In this document: positions 55,294-64,000 of the stretch, piece by piece | How the letters are laid out: each line of letters opens with the position of its first letter | Numbering within the stretch: the stretch's first letter is position 1 | Assembly: GCA_030837965.1 (NCBI GenBank) | Contig: JAUTXP010000046.1 | Coordinates: 38,326 to 102,325, forward strand | Source: Acidimicrobiaceae bacterium | Lineage (GTDB): Bacteria; Actinomycetota; Acidimicrobiia; Acidimicrobiales; JAUTXP01 | Direction of reading: 5' to 3' | Length of the DNA: 64,000 nucleotides | Notes under the pieces: generated by a model | The model's database searches: none | The model's input: the letters and a program-made list of their open reading frames with translations, nothing else | What the model was told of the DNA's origin: nothing | Made by a program: the position numbers and the translations under genes

Positions 55294-56454
55294 TTAGCCG
55301 CCAGAGACGAACTCCTCAGCCCCCCTTGGCGGCCTCGGGTCCATCGGATCGTCCATCCATCCAGCGGGCACGACGACGCGCCGAGGACCGTTGACGGGGC
55401 CGCGGGGGAGCACGGCGTCCGCGGCCAGCGACGGGTCGAGTCGGTCGAGCAGCCCGTCCAACTCGGCCGGGCTCGACACCGCCACCATGGCCCGCCTGGT
55501 CTCGCGGCCAACGGCGTACCCGGTGAGGTACCAGCCCACGTGTTTGCGGAAGTCGCGGGCCCCGTGGTCGTCGCCCAACAAGTCGCACAGCAGGGCCATG
55601 TGCCTGCGCATCACCGAGGCAACCTCGCCCAGCGGCGGCAACATGGCCCGGCCGGGAACCGCCGGCGCCGGTCCAGCCGCCAGCGCCGACCCGGCGGCCA
55701 ACAACGCACGCGCGCTCAACGCCGCGTCCAGCTCGCGAAACAGCCACGGTCGCCCCAGGCAGCCCCGTCCGACCACGACCCCGTCGCAGCCCGTCTCGGC
55801 CATCATCCGCACCGCGTCGTCGGCCGTCCAGATGTCGCCGTTGCCCAGCACCGGGATGGACGTGACCTCCTGCTTGAGCCGGGCGATGGCGTCCCAGTCG
55901 GCCTGTCCGGAGTAGAGCTGCTCGGCCGTTCGGGCGTGCAGCGTCACGGCCGCCGCGCCCTCGTCCTCGGCCCGACGGGCCACGTCGAAGGCGGTGATCC
56001 GCTCCCCGTCGATCCCGATCCGCATCTTGACCGTCACCGGCACCGTGCCCGCGGCCCGCACCGCGGCCCGCACGATGGAGGCGAACAGCACCGGATGGGC
56101 GGGCAGCGCAGCACCGCCGCCCTTGCGAGTGACCTTGGGCGCCGGGCACCCGAAGTTGAGGTCGACGTGGTCGACCCCGACGTCGTCCACCAAATGGCGC
56201 ACGGCCGCGTCCATCACCCGCGGGTCCACGCCGTAGAGCTGCACGCTGCGAACCGGCGCGTCGTCCTCGAAGGCGATCATGCGCGCCGTCTTCTCGCCGC
56301 CGCCGACCAACGCCCGCGCCATCACCATCTCGCTCACGTACAGCCCGCCGCCGTATGACCGGCACAGGCTTCGGAAGGCCACGTTGGTGACGCCGGCCAT
56401 GGGCGCCAAGACCACGGGCGGGTCGACGACGAGGGGCCCGATCTTCAGCGCCAC
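55294..56454 (-). CDS. dus: tRNA-dihydrouridine synthase
   Basis: 'VVLAPMAGVTNVAFR', 'VDLNFGCP' and 'TLHARTAEQLYSG' motifs. Confidence 0.9.
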   Translation of the reverse strand: MALKIGPLVVDPPVVLAPMAGVTNVAFRSLCRSYGGGLYVSEMVMARALVGGGEKTARMIAFEDDAPVRSVQLYGVDPRVMDAAVRHLVDDVGVDHVDLNFGCPAPKVTRKGGGAALPAHPVLFASIVRAAVRAAGTVPVTVKMRIGIDGERITAFDVARRAEDEGAAAVTLHARTAEQLYSGQADWDAIARLKQEVTSIPVLGNGDIWTADDAVRMMAETGCDGVVVGRGCLGRPWLFRELDAALSARALLAAGSALAAGPAPAVPGRAMLPPLGEVASVMRRHMALLCDLLGDDHGARDFRKHVGWYLTGYAVGRETRRAMVAVSSPAELDGLLDRLDPSLAADAVLPRGPVNGPRRVVVPAGWMDDPMDPRPPRGAEEFVSGG

Positions 56455-57050
56455 AGGTCCGTGATCCCCACGTCCAGCTTGGCCAGCAGCCTGCGCAGCA
56501 ACGGGAGCGACAGCCCGATGACCGTCCCTGGATTCCCTTGCACCGACTCCACGAACGGAGAGGCCAACCCGTCCAGTGTGAACCCGCCCGCCACAGCCAT
56601 GGGCTCCGCAGTGGCGACGTACGCGTCGACCTCGGCGTCAGTGGGGTCGCCGAAGCGCACGACACATGCGTCCACCGCCTCGGCCGACGCGTTCGACGCA
56701 GTGTCGATCACGCAGTGCCCGGTGAGCAGCGTGCCCTCGTGGCCGCGCATGGCTCGCCACCTCTGACGAGCGGCCTCGGCCGACGCGGGCTTGCCGTGCA
56801 CCACGCCGTCGAAGACGAACATCGAGTCACAGCCCAGCACCACGATCCCGCCCGTGCGCTCGTCGCCAAGCAGCGCGGCCACCGCGCCGGCCTTGCGTCG
56901 AGCCAACTCCACCACAAGCGCCTCGGGCGACTGGCCGTCGGCGCCGGACTCGTCCACGCCGCTCACCATCACCTCGAAAGCCAGACCGGCCTGTTCGAGC
57001 AGCCGGGCGCGCGCCGGTGACGCAGAGGCCAGCACCAGACGACGAGGCAT
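56445..57050 (-). CDS. maf: Maf-family nucleoside triphosphate pyrophosphatase
   Basis: 'LVLASASPARARLL', 'VLGCDS' and 'GKP' motifs. Confidence 0.85.
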   Translation of the reverse strand: MPRRLVLASASPARARLLEQAGLAFEVMVSGVDESGADGQSPEALVVELARRKAGAVAALLGDERTGGIVVLGCDSMFVFDGVVHGKPASAEAARQRWRAMRGHEGTLLTGHCVIDTASNASAEAVDACVVRFGDPTDAEVDAYVATAEPMAVAGGFTLDGLASPFVESVQGNPGTVIGLSLPLLRRLLAKLDVGITDLWR

Positions 57051-57059
57051 CCGACCAGG

Positions 57060-57833
57060 CTACGACGGGGCCTGGTCGCGGCCCGACCGGCCCGACCCAC
57101 GGGGCCAGACAGGGAGCGGTCGCAGCAGGACCACCGACACGGCAATGGCCCAGAGCGCGCCCAGCGCGCTGCCGCCCGCCACGTCGCTGGGCCAGTGCAC
57201 GCCGAGGTAGACGCGCGACATGGCCACGCCGAGCACGATCGCCATTCCCGCGCCCAAGGCCAAGGCCCGGTGCCACCAACGACGGGACAGGCCGACGGCC
57301 AACAAGACGACCACGCACCACACGGCTGCGGCCTGGGTGGCATGGCCGGAGGGGAACGACTCGCCCCCGATGGGCACCACGCGATAGGCGACCGGTGGCC
57401 GAGGTCGGGCCACCGCCTGCTTGATGGCGTGGGTGATCAACGAGCTGCCGACCAACGCCGCGGCCAGCGCGGCCATGGGCCGCCACGATCGGGCGACGAA
57501 GAGCCAGATACCCCCCAGGACGACGACGAGCAGGGCCAGTTCGGCCACGCCCCCAAACAGGGTCAGACCCCGAAAGGCGGTGGTCAACAACGGCGTGCGA
57601 TGGCGCAGGACCAGGCGCATGACCGGCTTGTCGAAGCGCAGGGCGCCCCCGCCGTCGAGGACGTCCTCCGTGATGTCGCCGAACACCAGGCCCAGCGCGG
57701 CCACCACGCCCAGCACCACCAACACCATGGGCGGCGGGGCCCACATGCGCGGGCGCGGTCCGGCAGTCTCGATCCCTCCACGTTGCCATCCCCGCTCCCG
57801 CCCACGGAAATCCCCGTTGCGGGCAGGCGTCAT
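57060..57833 (-). CDS. PAP2-family phosphatase
   Basis: 'KQAVARPRPP', 'FPSGHA' and 'SRVYLGVHWPSDV'. ATGA overlap with the upstream permease's stop. Confidence 0.8.
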   Translation of the reverse strand: MTPARNGDFRGRERGWQRGGIETAGPRPRMWAPPPMVLVVLGVVAALGLVFGDITEDVLDGGGALRFDKPVMRLVLRHRTPLLTTAFRGLTLFGGVAELALLVVVLGGIWLFVARSWRPMAALAAALVGSSLITHAIKQAVARPRPPVAYRVVPIGGESFPSGHATQAAAVWCVVVLLAVGLSRRWWHRALALGAGMAIVLGVAMSRVYLGVHWPSDVAGGSALGALWAIAVSVVLLRPLPVWPRGSGRSGRDQAPS

Positions 57834-58711
57834 GACAGGTGGAGCGGCTCGAGGCCGCGGCGGGTTCCACGCAGCCTGCTCATGCCTCGCAGTCCGGTGG
57901 CGGCGAAGACGGCGGCGAACAACGCCGATCCGGTGAGGACGATGGTGGGTCCCGAGGCGATGTCCAAGTGGTAGCTCAGGTTCATGCCCACGAACCCGCA
58001 GACGGCGCCGATGGCGGTGGACAGCCACAGCATGCGGGCGAACGAGTCGGTCAGCATGCGAGCCACCACCGCGGGCACGACGATGGCGGCTGCGATCAGG
58101 GTCACGCCCATCACGCTCATGGTGGCCAGGATCGAAGCGGCCAACACGAGCATCAGCAGCGCGTCGACCCGCGCCGTGTTGATGCCGGACACCTCGGCCA
58201 CCTCCGGGTCGAACGTCGTGAACAGCAGGGCCCGGTAGCGCAACACGATGACGGCCACGGCGAAGACGGACACGCCGACGACGATCCACACGTCCTGCGA
58301 GGCCACGCCCAACACGTTGCCGAACAAGGCCGCGTCGGGGTTGCGCCCGGGCGATCCGTAGAGCTGGATGAGGGCCAGTCCGAGTGCGAACGACGCGGTG
58401 GTGATGACGCCGATGGCCGCGTCCGACCCGATGCTCTTTCGCCTCGTCACTGCGCTCACCATCAACGCCGATGCCAATCCCCACACGCCCGCGCCCAGGA
58501 AGAAGTTCACGCCCACCAGGCCGCTGGCTGCGAACCCGCCGAAGATGGCGTGGGACAGGCCGTGTCCGATGTAGCTCATCCCCCGCAGCACCACGTACAC
58601 GCCGATGAGGCCGCACAGCGCGCCCGCGATGGTGGCGACCAGCAGGCCGTTGCGGAAGAACTGGAAGTGGAAGGGGTGGACGAGGTCGCCCCACGCCATC
58701 GCGCCTGTCAT
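57830..58711 (-). CDS. Metal (Zn/Mn-type) ABC transporter permease
   Basis: A polytopic ZnuB/MntB-like sequence, in an operon with an ATPase and a TroA-like binding protein. Confidence 0.8.
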   Translation of the reverse strand: MTGAMAWGDLVHPFHFQFFRNGLLVATIAGALCGLIGVYVVLRGMSYIGHGLSHAIFGGFAASGLVGVNFFLGAGVWGLASALMVSAVTRRKSIGSDAAIGVITTASFALGLALIQLYGSPGRNPDAALFGNVLGVASQDVWIVVGVSVFAVAVIVLRYRALLFTTFDPEVAEVSGINTARVDALLMLVLAASILATMSVMGVTLIAAAIVVPAVVARMLTDSFARMLWLSTAIGAVCGFVGMNLSYHLDIASGPTIVLTGSALFAAVFAATGLRGMSRLRGTRRGLEPLHLS

Positions 58712-58736
58712 CGCGTCATGCCCTTGGCGCCGCCCA

Positions 58737-59519
58737 TCACTGGGCCCGCCGTCGCAGCCGGATCACATTGGAAGCCGACATCCGGTCGACAACCACCGGC
58801 ATGCCCCCATGCTCCAACACGTCCATGGGCGCGCCATACGTGCGCTCCAGCACGTCGGCGGTCAGCACTTCTTCGGGTGGTCCTTGGGCGATCACCTCGC
58901 GGTTGAGGCAGACGAGATGGGGGAGGTGGGCGGCGATGCCGTTGAGGTCGTGGGTGGTGACGACCACGGCCAAGCCGTCGGCGTTGAGGTCGCTCAGCAG
59001 GTGGAGGATGTCGTGGCGGGTGCGCACGTCGACCCCCGATGTGGGCTCGTCCATCAACAGGAGCTGGGGGCGGTTGAGCAGGGCCCGGGCGATGAACACC
59101 CGCTGCTGCTGCCCGCCGGAGAGGGCACGGATGTGGCGGTGCTCCAAGCCCGCGATGCCGAGCCGGTCGAGCACGTCGGCCACCTCCGACCGCTCGCTTG
59201 GCGTCGACCACGGTGCCCAACGCCCGCCCGCTCGGGCCATGAGAACGCACTCGCCAACGGTGATGGGAAACGACCAGTTCACCGTCTCCACTTGCGGTAC
59301 GTAGCCCACTCGCACTCGACGGGCCCTGGTCACCGTGCCCGCCGCGGGGCGCACGGCGCCGAGCACCACCCGCAACAGCGTGGTCTTGCCCGAGCCCGAA
59401 GGGCCGACGATGCCCACGAAGTCGCCTGGGCTGACGGCCAGGTCGGCGTGCACGAGCACCGGGTCGCGGTCATAGACGACGGTGGCGTCGCTGACCTCGA
59501 CCAAGTGGCGGTCCGTCAT
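58737..59519 (-). CDS. Metal ABC transporter ATP-binding protein
   Basis: Walker A 'GPSGSGKTT', signature 'LSGGQQQRVFIARAL', Walker B 'LLLMDEPT'. ATG at 59519. Confidence 0.85.
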   Translation of the reverse strand: MTDRHLVEVSDATVVYDRDPVLVHADLAVSPGDFVGIVGPSGSGKTTLLRVVLGAVRPAAGTVTRARRVRVGYVPQVETVNWSFPITVGECVLMARAGGRWAPWSTPSERSEVADVLDRLGIAGLEHRHIRALSGGQQQRVFIARALLNRPQLLLMDEPTSGVDVRTRHDILHLLSDLNADGLAVVVTTHDLNGIAAHLPHLVCLNREVIAQGPPEEVLTADVLERTYGAPMDVLEHGGMPVVVDRMSASNVIRLRRRAQ

Positions 59520-60550
59520 TGCGGGTACACGGCCTTGTCGACCGCCACGTTGTCGACGGGAACGTCCCGCAACGCGGAAGCGTCGCCGCCCATGGCCTCG
59601 GTGATGGTCAGGTAGTCGGCCCGCATGAGGCCGAGCCACGAATGCTCAGGGTCGCCCGGGCGGCCCGGCAGGTCGTCGTCGCGGAGCTGGTCGACATAGC
59701 GGACGTGGGCCTCCCTGCCGATCTGTTCGAGCACGGGGCTGGGAAAGACCTCGGAGCCGAAGATGGCAGGGACACGCTCGGCCCGGACCTGCTCGATGAG
59801 GGCCGCCACCTCCTTGGGCGTGGGGTCCTCGAAGTCCGAGACCTGGATGGCGCCGATCACGGTCCAGCCGTAGTCGTCGGCGAAGTAGGCGTAGGCATCG
59901 TGGTAGGTGAGCAGCTTGCGCCGATCGCGGGGGATGGTGGCGAAGGCGGTCCGCAGGGCCTGGTCGAACCGGTCGACGCGTGCCGCGAAGGCGGCCTCGT
60001 TGGCCGCGTACTCGCGTCCATGGGCCGGATCGGCCTTGGCCATGGCGTCCCTGACGACCTCGGCATAGCGCTTGGCCAGAAGCGGGTCGGTCCACAGGTG
60101 CGGGTTGGGCTTGCCGCCCGACCTGGGGAACGAGAAGTCGTACTTGTACTGCGCAGGCTCGAGGACTTGTTCGCCGATCGACACCAGTACGGCCTTGCTG
60201 GACATGTTCTTGGCCGCCAGCTTCTTGGTCGGCTCCTCGAGCTTGAGCCCGTTGACGAACACGATGTCGGCCCGCTCCAGCACCTCGGCCATGCTGGGGG
60301 CCGGGTCGAAGGTGTGCGAGTTCGTGCCCTCGGGCACCACGCCGCGCACGTCGGCCAGGTCGCCGATCACATTGGCCGCGATGCTGGTGATGGGCGAGAC
60401 CGTGGTCACGACTTGCAGTCGCCCCGCTGCATGCGTTGACAGGGGATCGCCCGCAGCTCCGCTGTTTGCGCAGGCTCCGGTGACGGCGGCGAGCGCCGCC
60501 ATGGCCGCGAGCGACAGAAGCACCCCAGGCTTCCCACTCCGACCGGCCAC
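59516..60550 (-). CDS. Metal ABC transporter substrate-binding lipoprotein (TroA/ZnuA-like)
   Basis: Lipobox 'AAVTGAC', plus 'HTFDP', 'HLWTDP' and 'YHDAYAYF' motifs. The GTG at 60550 is a tentative start. Confidence 0.8.
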   Translation of the reverse strand: MAGRSGKPGVLLSLAAMAALAAVTGACANSGAAGDPLSTHAAGRLQVVTTVSPITSIAANVIGDLADVRGVVPEGTNSHTFDPAPSMAEVLERADIVFVNGLKLEEPTKKLAAKNMSSKAVLVSIGEQVLEPAQYKYDFSFPRSGGKPNPHLWTDPLLAKRYAEVVRDAMAKADPAHGREYAANEAAFAARVDRFDQALRTAFATIPRDRRKLLTYHDAYAYFADDYGWTVIGAIQVSDFEDPTPKEVAALIEQVRAERVPAIFGSEVFPSPVLEQIGREAHVRYVDQLRDDDLPGRPGDPEHSWLGLMRADYLTITEAMGGDASALRDVPVDNVAVDKAVYPQ

Positions 60551-60581
60551 GTCGTCCGAACGTAGCGCAACCTGGACGTTC

Positions 60582-60598
60582 TTGCGATCAGGTCGCAA
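60582..60598. promoter_or_regulatory. Inverted repeat TTGCGA-N5-TCGCAA between the metal-importer operon and the Fur-family gene
   Basis: Read directly from the sequence. It is a candidate operator and does not match the AT-rich Zur consensus. Confidence 0.3.
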
Positions 60599-60623
60599 TC
60601 GCCCCGCTGTTACGCTCGCCCGG

Positions 60624-61055
60624 GTGGCCGACGACCGACTGGAGCGCATCCTCGAGCTCCTGCGGACGCAGGGCGGCAGACTCACCACGTCGCGCCGGGC
60701 CATCGTGGCCGCCCTCTTGGAGTCAGGCCTGCATGTGACGGCTGAGGACTTGGCCGAGCACGTCCAAGCCGCCCACCCGGACATTCACCGGTCCACGATC
60801 TATCGCACGCTCGACACGCTGGCCGGGCTGGGCGTGGTCGACCACGTGCACTTGGGCCACGGGCCTGCCGTGTACCACCTCACCGACCAGCCCCATCACC
60901 ACTTGGTGTGCGACGCGTGCGGGGCTGTGGTCGAGCTTCCGGCCCGGGCCCTGTCCGCCCTGCGCCGGCGCGTCGAGCGGGACTATGGCTTTCAACTCGA
61001 CCCGGGGCACTTCGCCTTGGCGGGCCGCTGCGCGGCCTGCGCGCCTGTTGGCTGA
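60624..61055 (+). CDS. Fur-family metalloregulator (Zur-like by context)
   Basis: 'STIYRTLDTLAGLG' HTH segment, 'HHHLVCDACG' and a C-terminal 'CAAC'. Divergent from the metal ABC operon. Confidence 0.8.
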   Translation: MADDRLERILELLRTQGGRLTTSRRAIVAALLESGLHVTAEDLAEHVQAAHPDIHRSTIYRTLDTLAGLGVVDHVHLGHGPAVYHLTDQPHHHLVCDACGAVVELPARALSALRRRVERDYGFQLDPGHFALAGRCAACAPVG

Positions 61056-61070
61056 GCGGGCCTGCCCGGC

Positions 61071-62711
61071 CTACTTGTTGAGCGCGTCCAGCATCGACAG
61101 CGTGGTCATCAGGGCCTTGTCGCCGAAGCAGCGGTCGATCGAGTAGGCGTCTTCGTACTCGAAGAAGCCCGCGCCCGCGAAGCCCCCGCCCTGCCGAGCC
61201 GAGTCGTCGGTCTCGAAGGACTGCGGCATGTAGCCCAGGGCGTCGTTGGCCTGGCCGATGGCGAGGGTCGTGATGGGCGAGCGCTCCTCGAGGGTGTTGG
61301 TCCAGTTCGAGAAGATCTCGCCGGGCGAGGCGGTGATGATCATCTGGCCGACCTTGGCCGCGGTGGCCTGGGTCCGCACGCTGATGGCCGACGCGCTGGC
61401 GCACGGGCGGTTCCATCCGGGCTTGGCCACTTGCAGCGTGGCGGGCGTGGGCTGGAAGGCCCGGTCGAAAAAGCCCATGGCGCCGAGCGTCTGGAGCGGG
61501 GCGTTGGTCACCGGCTGGTCCCAGAACGTCTGGGCCACCTTCACGTCCGGCGACTTGACCGGCGTGCCCGCGCCCAGCGGCGGCAGCAGCGAGGCGAGGG
61601 TCGCGCCCATGGAGCCGTGGTTGTTGCCCCGGGCAGACATGTTGCCCAGGCCCGCTTCGAACACGACCGCCATGCCGCCGTACTGCTGCTCGACCGTCTT
61701 GTCGAAGACACCCGGCCAGTCGGCGTGGGCGATGGTGGCCGATCCTCCGAACGAGGTGGCGTGGGCCGCGAACGTGCCCACCGTGGCGATGACGTTGCCG
61801 GTCCTGCCCACGGCCCGGAACCAGTTCAGGGTCGGGTCCTCGGCCGAGTAGTAGCTGTCCCGCCGCTCGCTGTTGTTGCCGCGGGCGAGCGTGTCACCGG
61901 CTTCGAGGGTGGCGGGGGCCAGGCTGGCCACGGCCTGTCGAATGGACTGGCGGATGGACTCGGCCACTTGGCGCATGTACCACTCGGGCACGCCGCCCCA
62001 GCCCCCGATGAAGTCCATGGCCGAGTGGGCGTGGGTCGAGGCGATGACCACGCCGGCCGGGTCGATGCCGAGCTCGTCGTGCATCTGCTTGGCGATGTCG
62101 ATGGCGCCGCAGGCCTTCTCGGCCGGGCACATCTTGTTGTAGAGGCCGTTGTAGCCCTCGGCGTCGAGCAGCGAGAGGGTGAGGGTCTGGCCGCCGCGGC
62201 GCAGGGCCACGGTGCGGACCCACAGGCCGTACTCCTTGTCGAAGTCGAGGATGGGCTCCGACGGGCCCAGGCCGAAGCCGCCCATGTAGAGGCAGTTCGA
62301 GTTCTCGATCCACGGCGAGCGCCAGTCGGCCACGTGGTCCTGGGCCTCGGGGTCGACGCCCTTGGTCCCCGCCGGGATGCACTTGCCCAGGTCCCTGACC
62401 CACACCTCGCCCTTGGTCGCGTCGGGCCGGGGATACAGGTCGACCTTGGCCGCGCCCACCTCGACCTCGTCCGCGCCCAGGGTGGCTCCCGTGCCGACGG
62501 CCAGTCGGTGCATGGCGGCCAAGCTCTGGCCTGCGGCCGCGTCGGTGTTGGCGTTGGCTGCCGCGCCCGTGTTGGCCTTGGCGTTGGTGCCGTTGCCGGC
62601 GTTGCCGGTCTTGGCCCCGCCGGTCACGGGCGCCAGGCCCACGCCCGCCCACGCCGAGCCGACCAGGAGGGCACCACCGATGCCTGCCGCGATGAGGTTC
62701 TTTATGCGCAC
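61071..62711 (-). CDS. Secreted hydrolase, neutral-ceramidase-like (tentative)
   Basis: A signal peptide and 'IASTHAHSAMDFIGGWG', which resembles the ceramidase THTHSGPGG region. Confidence 0.4.
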   Translation of the reverse strand: MRIKNLIAAGIGGALLVGSAWAGVGLAPVTGGAKTGNAGNGTNAKANTGAAANANTDAAAGQSLAAMHRLAVGTGATLGADEVEVGAAKVDLYPRPDATKGEVWVRDLGKCIPAGTKGVDPEAQDHVADWRSPWIENSNCLYMGGFGLGPSEPILDFDKEYGLWVRTVALRRGGQTLTLSLLDAEGYNGLYNKMCPAEKACGAIDIAKQMHDELGIDPAGVVIASTHAHSAMDFIGGWGGVPEWYMRQVAESIRQSIRQAVASLAPATLEAGDTLARGNNSERRDSYYSAEDPTLNWFRAVGRTGNVIATVGTFAAHATSFGGSATIAHADWPGVFDKTVEQQYGGMAVVFEAGLGNMSARGNNHGSMGATLASLLPPLGAGTPVKSPDVKVAQTFWDQPVTNAPLQTLGAMGFFDRAFQPTPATLQVAKPGWNRPCASASAISVRTQATAAKVGQMIITASPGEIFSNWTNTLEERSPITTLAIGQANDALGYMPQSFETDDSARQGGGFAGAGFFEYEDAYSIDRCFGDKALMTTLSMLDALNK

Positions 62712-63097
62712 GTCAGATTGGGTTCGGCGCCGAGGCCGTCGGCCCCTTTGTGCTCAGTGCCAACGTCTGCCCGGGCCGTTTGGGCTCCGTCACGTGCCGG
62801 CCGGATCTGGGCCTGCCCTGGCCGCCCCCCGGCCCCCCGTCCCCGCCCGCCCCCGCTCGGACTGGAGGACATGCCCTGCGGAAACCGCGGGCTATGTCCT
62901 CCAGACGTGCTTGGGGTGGGTGGGGGTACAGTGCAGGGCGATCCAGTCGATCACCGACGGGAGTGAAGGGAGGTGCTGTTGCGATGACTGTTGACACGGC
63001 CACTCGAGTGCTTCGCCGTCCATCCGCCTCGGCGCCTCTGCCTGCGTGCCGCCACTGAGCCGAGCACGCCGGGCGCCTTCATCCAAGGAGCCCTTCC

Positions 63098-64000
63098 TTG
63101 CTGCCACCTTTGTCACCTGATTCACCGTCTTCACCTGACTCACCGTCGTCACCCCACGCACCGTTTGCTCCACGCTCGTCGCTGGCCGTTCTCGGCTGGG
63201 ACGAGGACTGGGCCGCGGCCTTGGCCGACGCCGCGCCCCACGCCACTCCGGCCCGTGTGGCCCGGGTCGACAAGGGCCAGTGCACGCTGCTCGCGGCCGA
63301 CGGCCCGATGCGGGCCACCACGTCCCGGCACGCCGAGGTGGCGGTGGGCGACTGGGCCGCGGTCGAGCCGCCCCTTCCCCACGGCCCCGACGACCTGCCG
63401 CGCGTCACCCACGTGCTGCCCCGGCGCAGCGCCTTCCTTCGCTCGTCGGCGGGGGAGGAGACCCGCGCCCAAGTGGTGGCCACCAACGTCGACCACGTGC
63501 TCATCGTCAACGGCCTCGATGTGCGCCTGAGCCTGCGCCGCATCGAGCGCTACCTGGCCATGGCCTGGCAGAGCGGGGCCAGCCCGGTGATCGTGTTGAC
63601 CAAGGCCGACCTGGTCGAGCGGGCCGAGCTGCTCGACATGGTGGCCGCGGTCGAGTCGGTCGCCTTGGGCGTCCCCGTGCACGTCGTGGCCGCCGACGAC
63701 GCCCACAGCCTCGAGGTCTTGGACGAGTACGTGCGGCCGGGTCGAACCATGGCCTTGCTGGGCTCGTCGGGCGCGGGCAAGTCGACCCTCGTCAACCGGC
63801 TGGCGGGATCGGACGTGGCCGTGACCGGGGAGGTCCGCAGCGACGGCAAGGGTCGGCACACCACCACCCATCGCGAGCTGCTCGTCCTGCCCGCAGGCGG
63901 CCTGGTGATCGACACGCCGGGCATGCGGGGCATCGCCTTGTGGGGGGCGGACGAAGGCGTCGAGCAGGCCTTCACCGACGTGGCCGACCTGGCCGGTCAG
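63098..64000 (+). CDS. rsgA: Ribosome small-subunit-dependent GTPase A (3' end lies outside the window)
   Basis: 'VATNVDHVLIV', 'VLTKADL', 'GSSGAGKSTLVNRL' and 'GRHTTTHRELL..GG.VIDTPG'. The TTG at 63098 lies 7 nt after AAGGAG. The gene is absent from the ORF track because there is no stop in the window. Confidence 0.85.
   Translation, partial: MLPPLSPDSPSSPDSPSSPHAPFAPRSSLAVLGWDEDWAAALADAAPHATPARVARVDKGQCTLLAADGPMRATTSRHAEVAVGDWAAVEPPLPHGPDDLPRVTHVLPRRSAFLRSSAGEETRAQVVATNVDHVLIVNGLDVRLSLRRIERYLAMAWQSGASPVIVLTKADLVERAELLDMVAAVESVALGVPVHVVAADDAHSLEVLDEYVRPGRTMALLGSSGAGKSTLVNRLAGSDVAVTGEVRSDGKGRHTTTHRELLVLPAGGLVIDTPGMRGIALWGADEGVEQAFTDVADLAGQ

Noticed and set aside
55231-56358. A 375-aa plus-strand ORF, and the 449-aa ORF 55316-56665
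   Set aside because: They are antisense or out of frame relative to the clearly recognisable dihydrouridine synthase gene.
57839-58906. A 355-aa plus-strand ORF, and the upstream extension of the 544-aa ORF 57060-58694
   Set aside because: They are shadow ORFs over the metal-ABC permease. The PAP2 gene starts at the ATGA overlap at 57833.
61431-62966. A 511-aa plus-strand ORF
   Set aside because: It is antisense to the secreted hydrolase gene and has an Arg/Gly/His-rich shadow composition.

Overview
A high-GC window, apparently about 70% by eye, with Actinomycetota-style gene organisation: many GTGA/ATGA start-stop overlaps and long spurious antisense ORFs. The core backbone covers 1-13.9 kb, 39.2-42.8 kb and 55.3-64 kb. 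It encodes glycan-degrading enzymes (a clan GH-A hydrolase, a GQSNM-motif acetylesterase, a GH38 alpha-mannosidase), an OmpR/histidine-kinase pair, a MacB/FtsX-type ABC exporter operon, tRNA-Lys/His/Arg, dus, maf, a PAP2 phosphatase, a Fur-family-regulated metal ABC importer and rsgA. Two accessory blocks interrupt this backbone. (1) A block of about 25 kb (13.9-39.2 kb) is bracketed by a 53-nt direct repeat of the tRNA-Lys(CTT) 3' half. It has no intact integrase, only IS debris. It carries (a) a double-glycine-leader peptide gene with a C39-peptidase ABC exporter and an unusual 1.5-unit adenylate-forming enzyme, and (b) a streptidine-like aminocyclitol gene cluster: amidinotransferase, inositol-dehydrogenase-like oxidoreductase, two DegT/StrS aminotransferases, APH-type kinases, an ANT-type nucleotidyltransferase, an Fe/2OG-like protein, methyltransferases, a sulfotransferase and an APS kinase. 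(2) A block of about 9.5 kb (42.9-52.4 kb) sits directly against tRNA-Arg(TCT). It encodes a large serine recombinase whose ORF has no stop codon before the tRNA, an AvcD/DCD-type anti-phage dCTP deaminase, a TGT-like (CxCxxC) protein with a 205-aa partner and a small wHTH gene, a replication-relaxation protein, and two toxin-antitoxin pairs (RHH-Doc, Phd-VapC) that each follow a copy of the same 60-82 bp repeat. A diverged recombinase 3' remnant and an XRE/ImmA pair to the right suggest an older decayed element at the same tRNA. All functions are inferred from motifs read in the supplied translations. No database searches were run.
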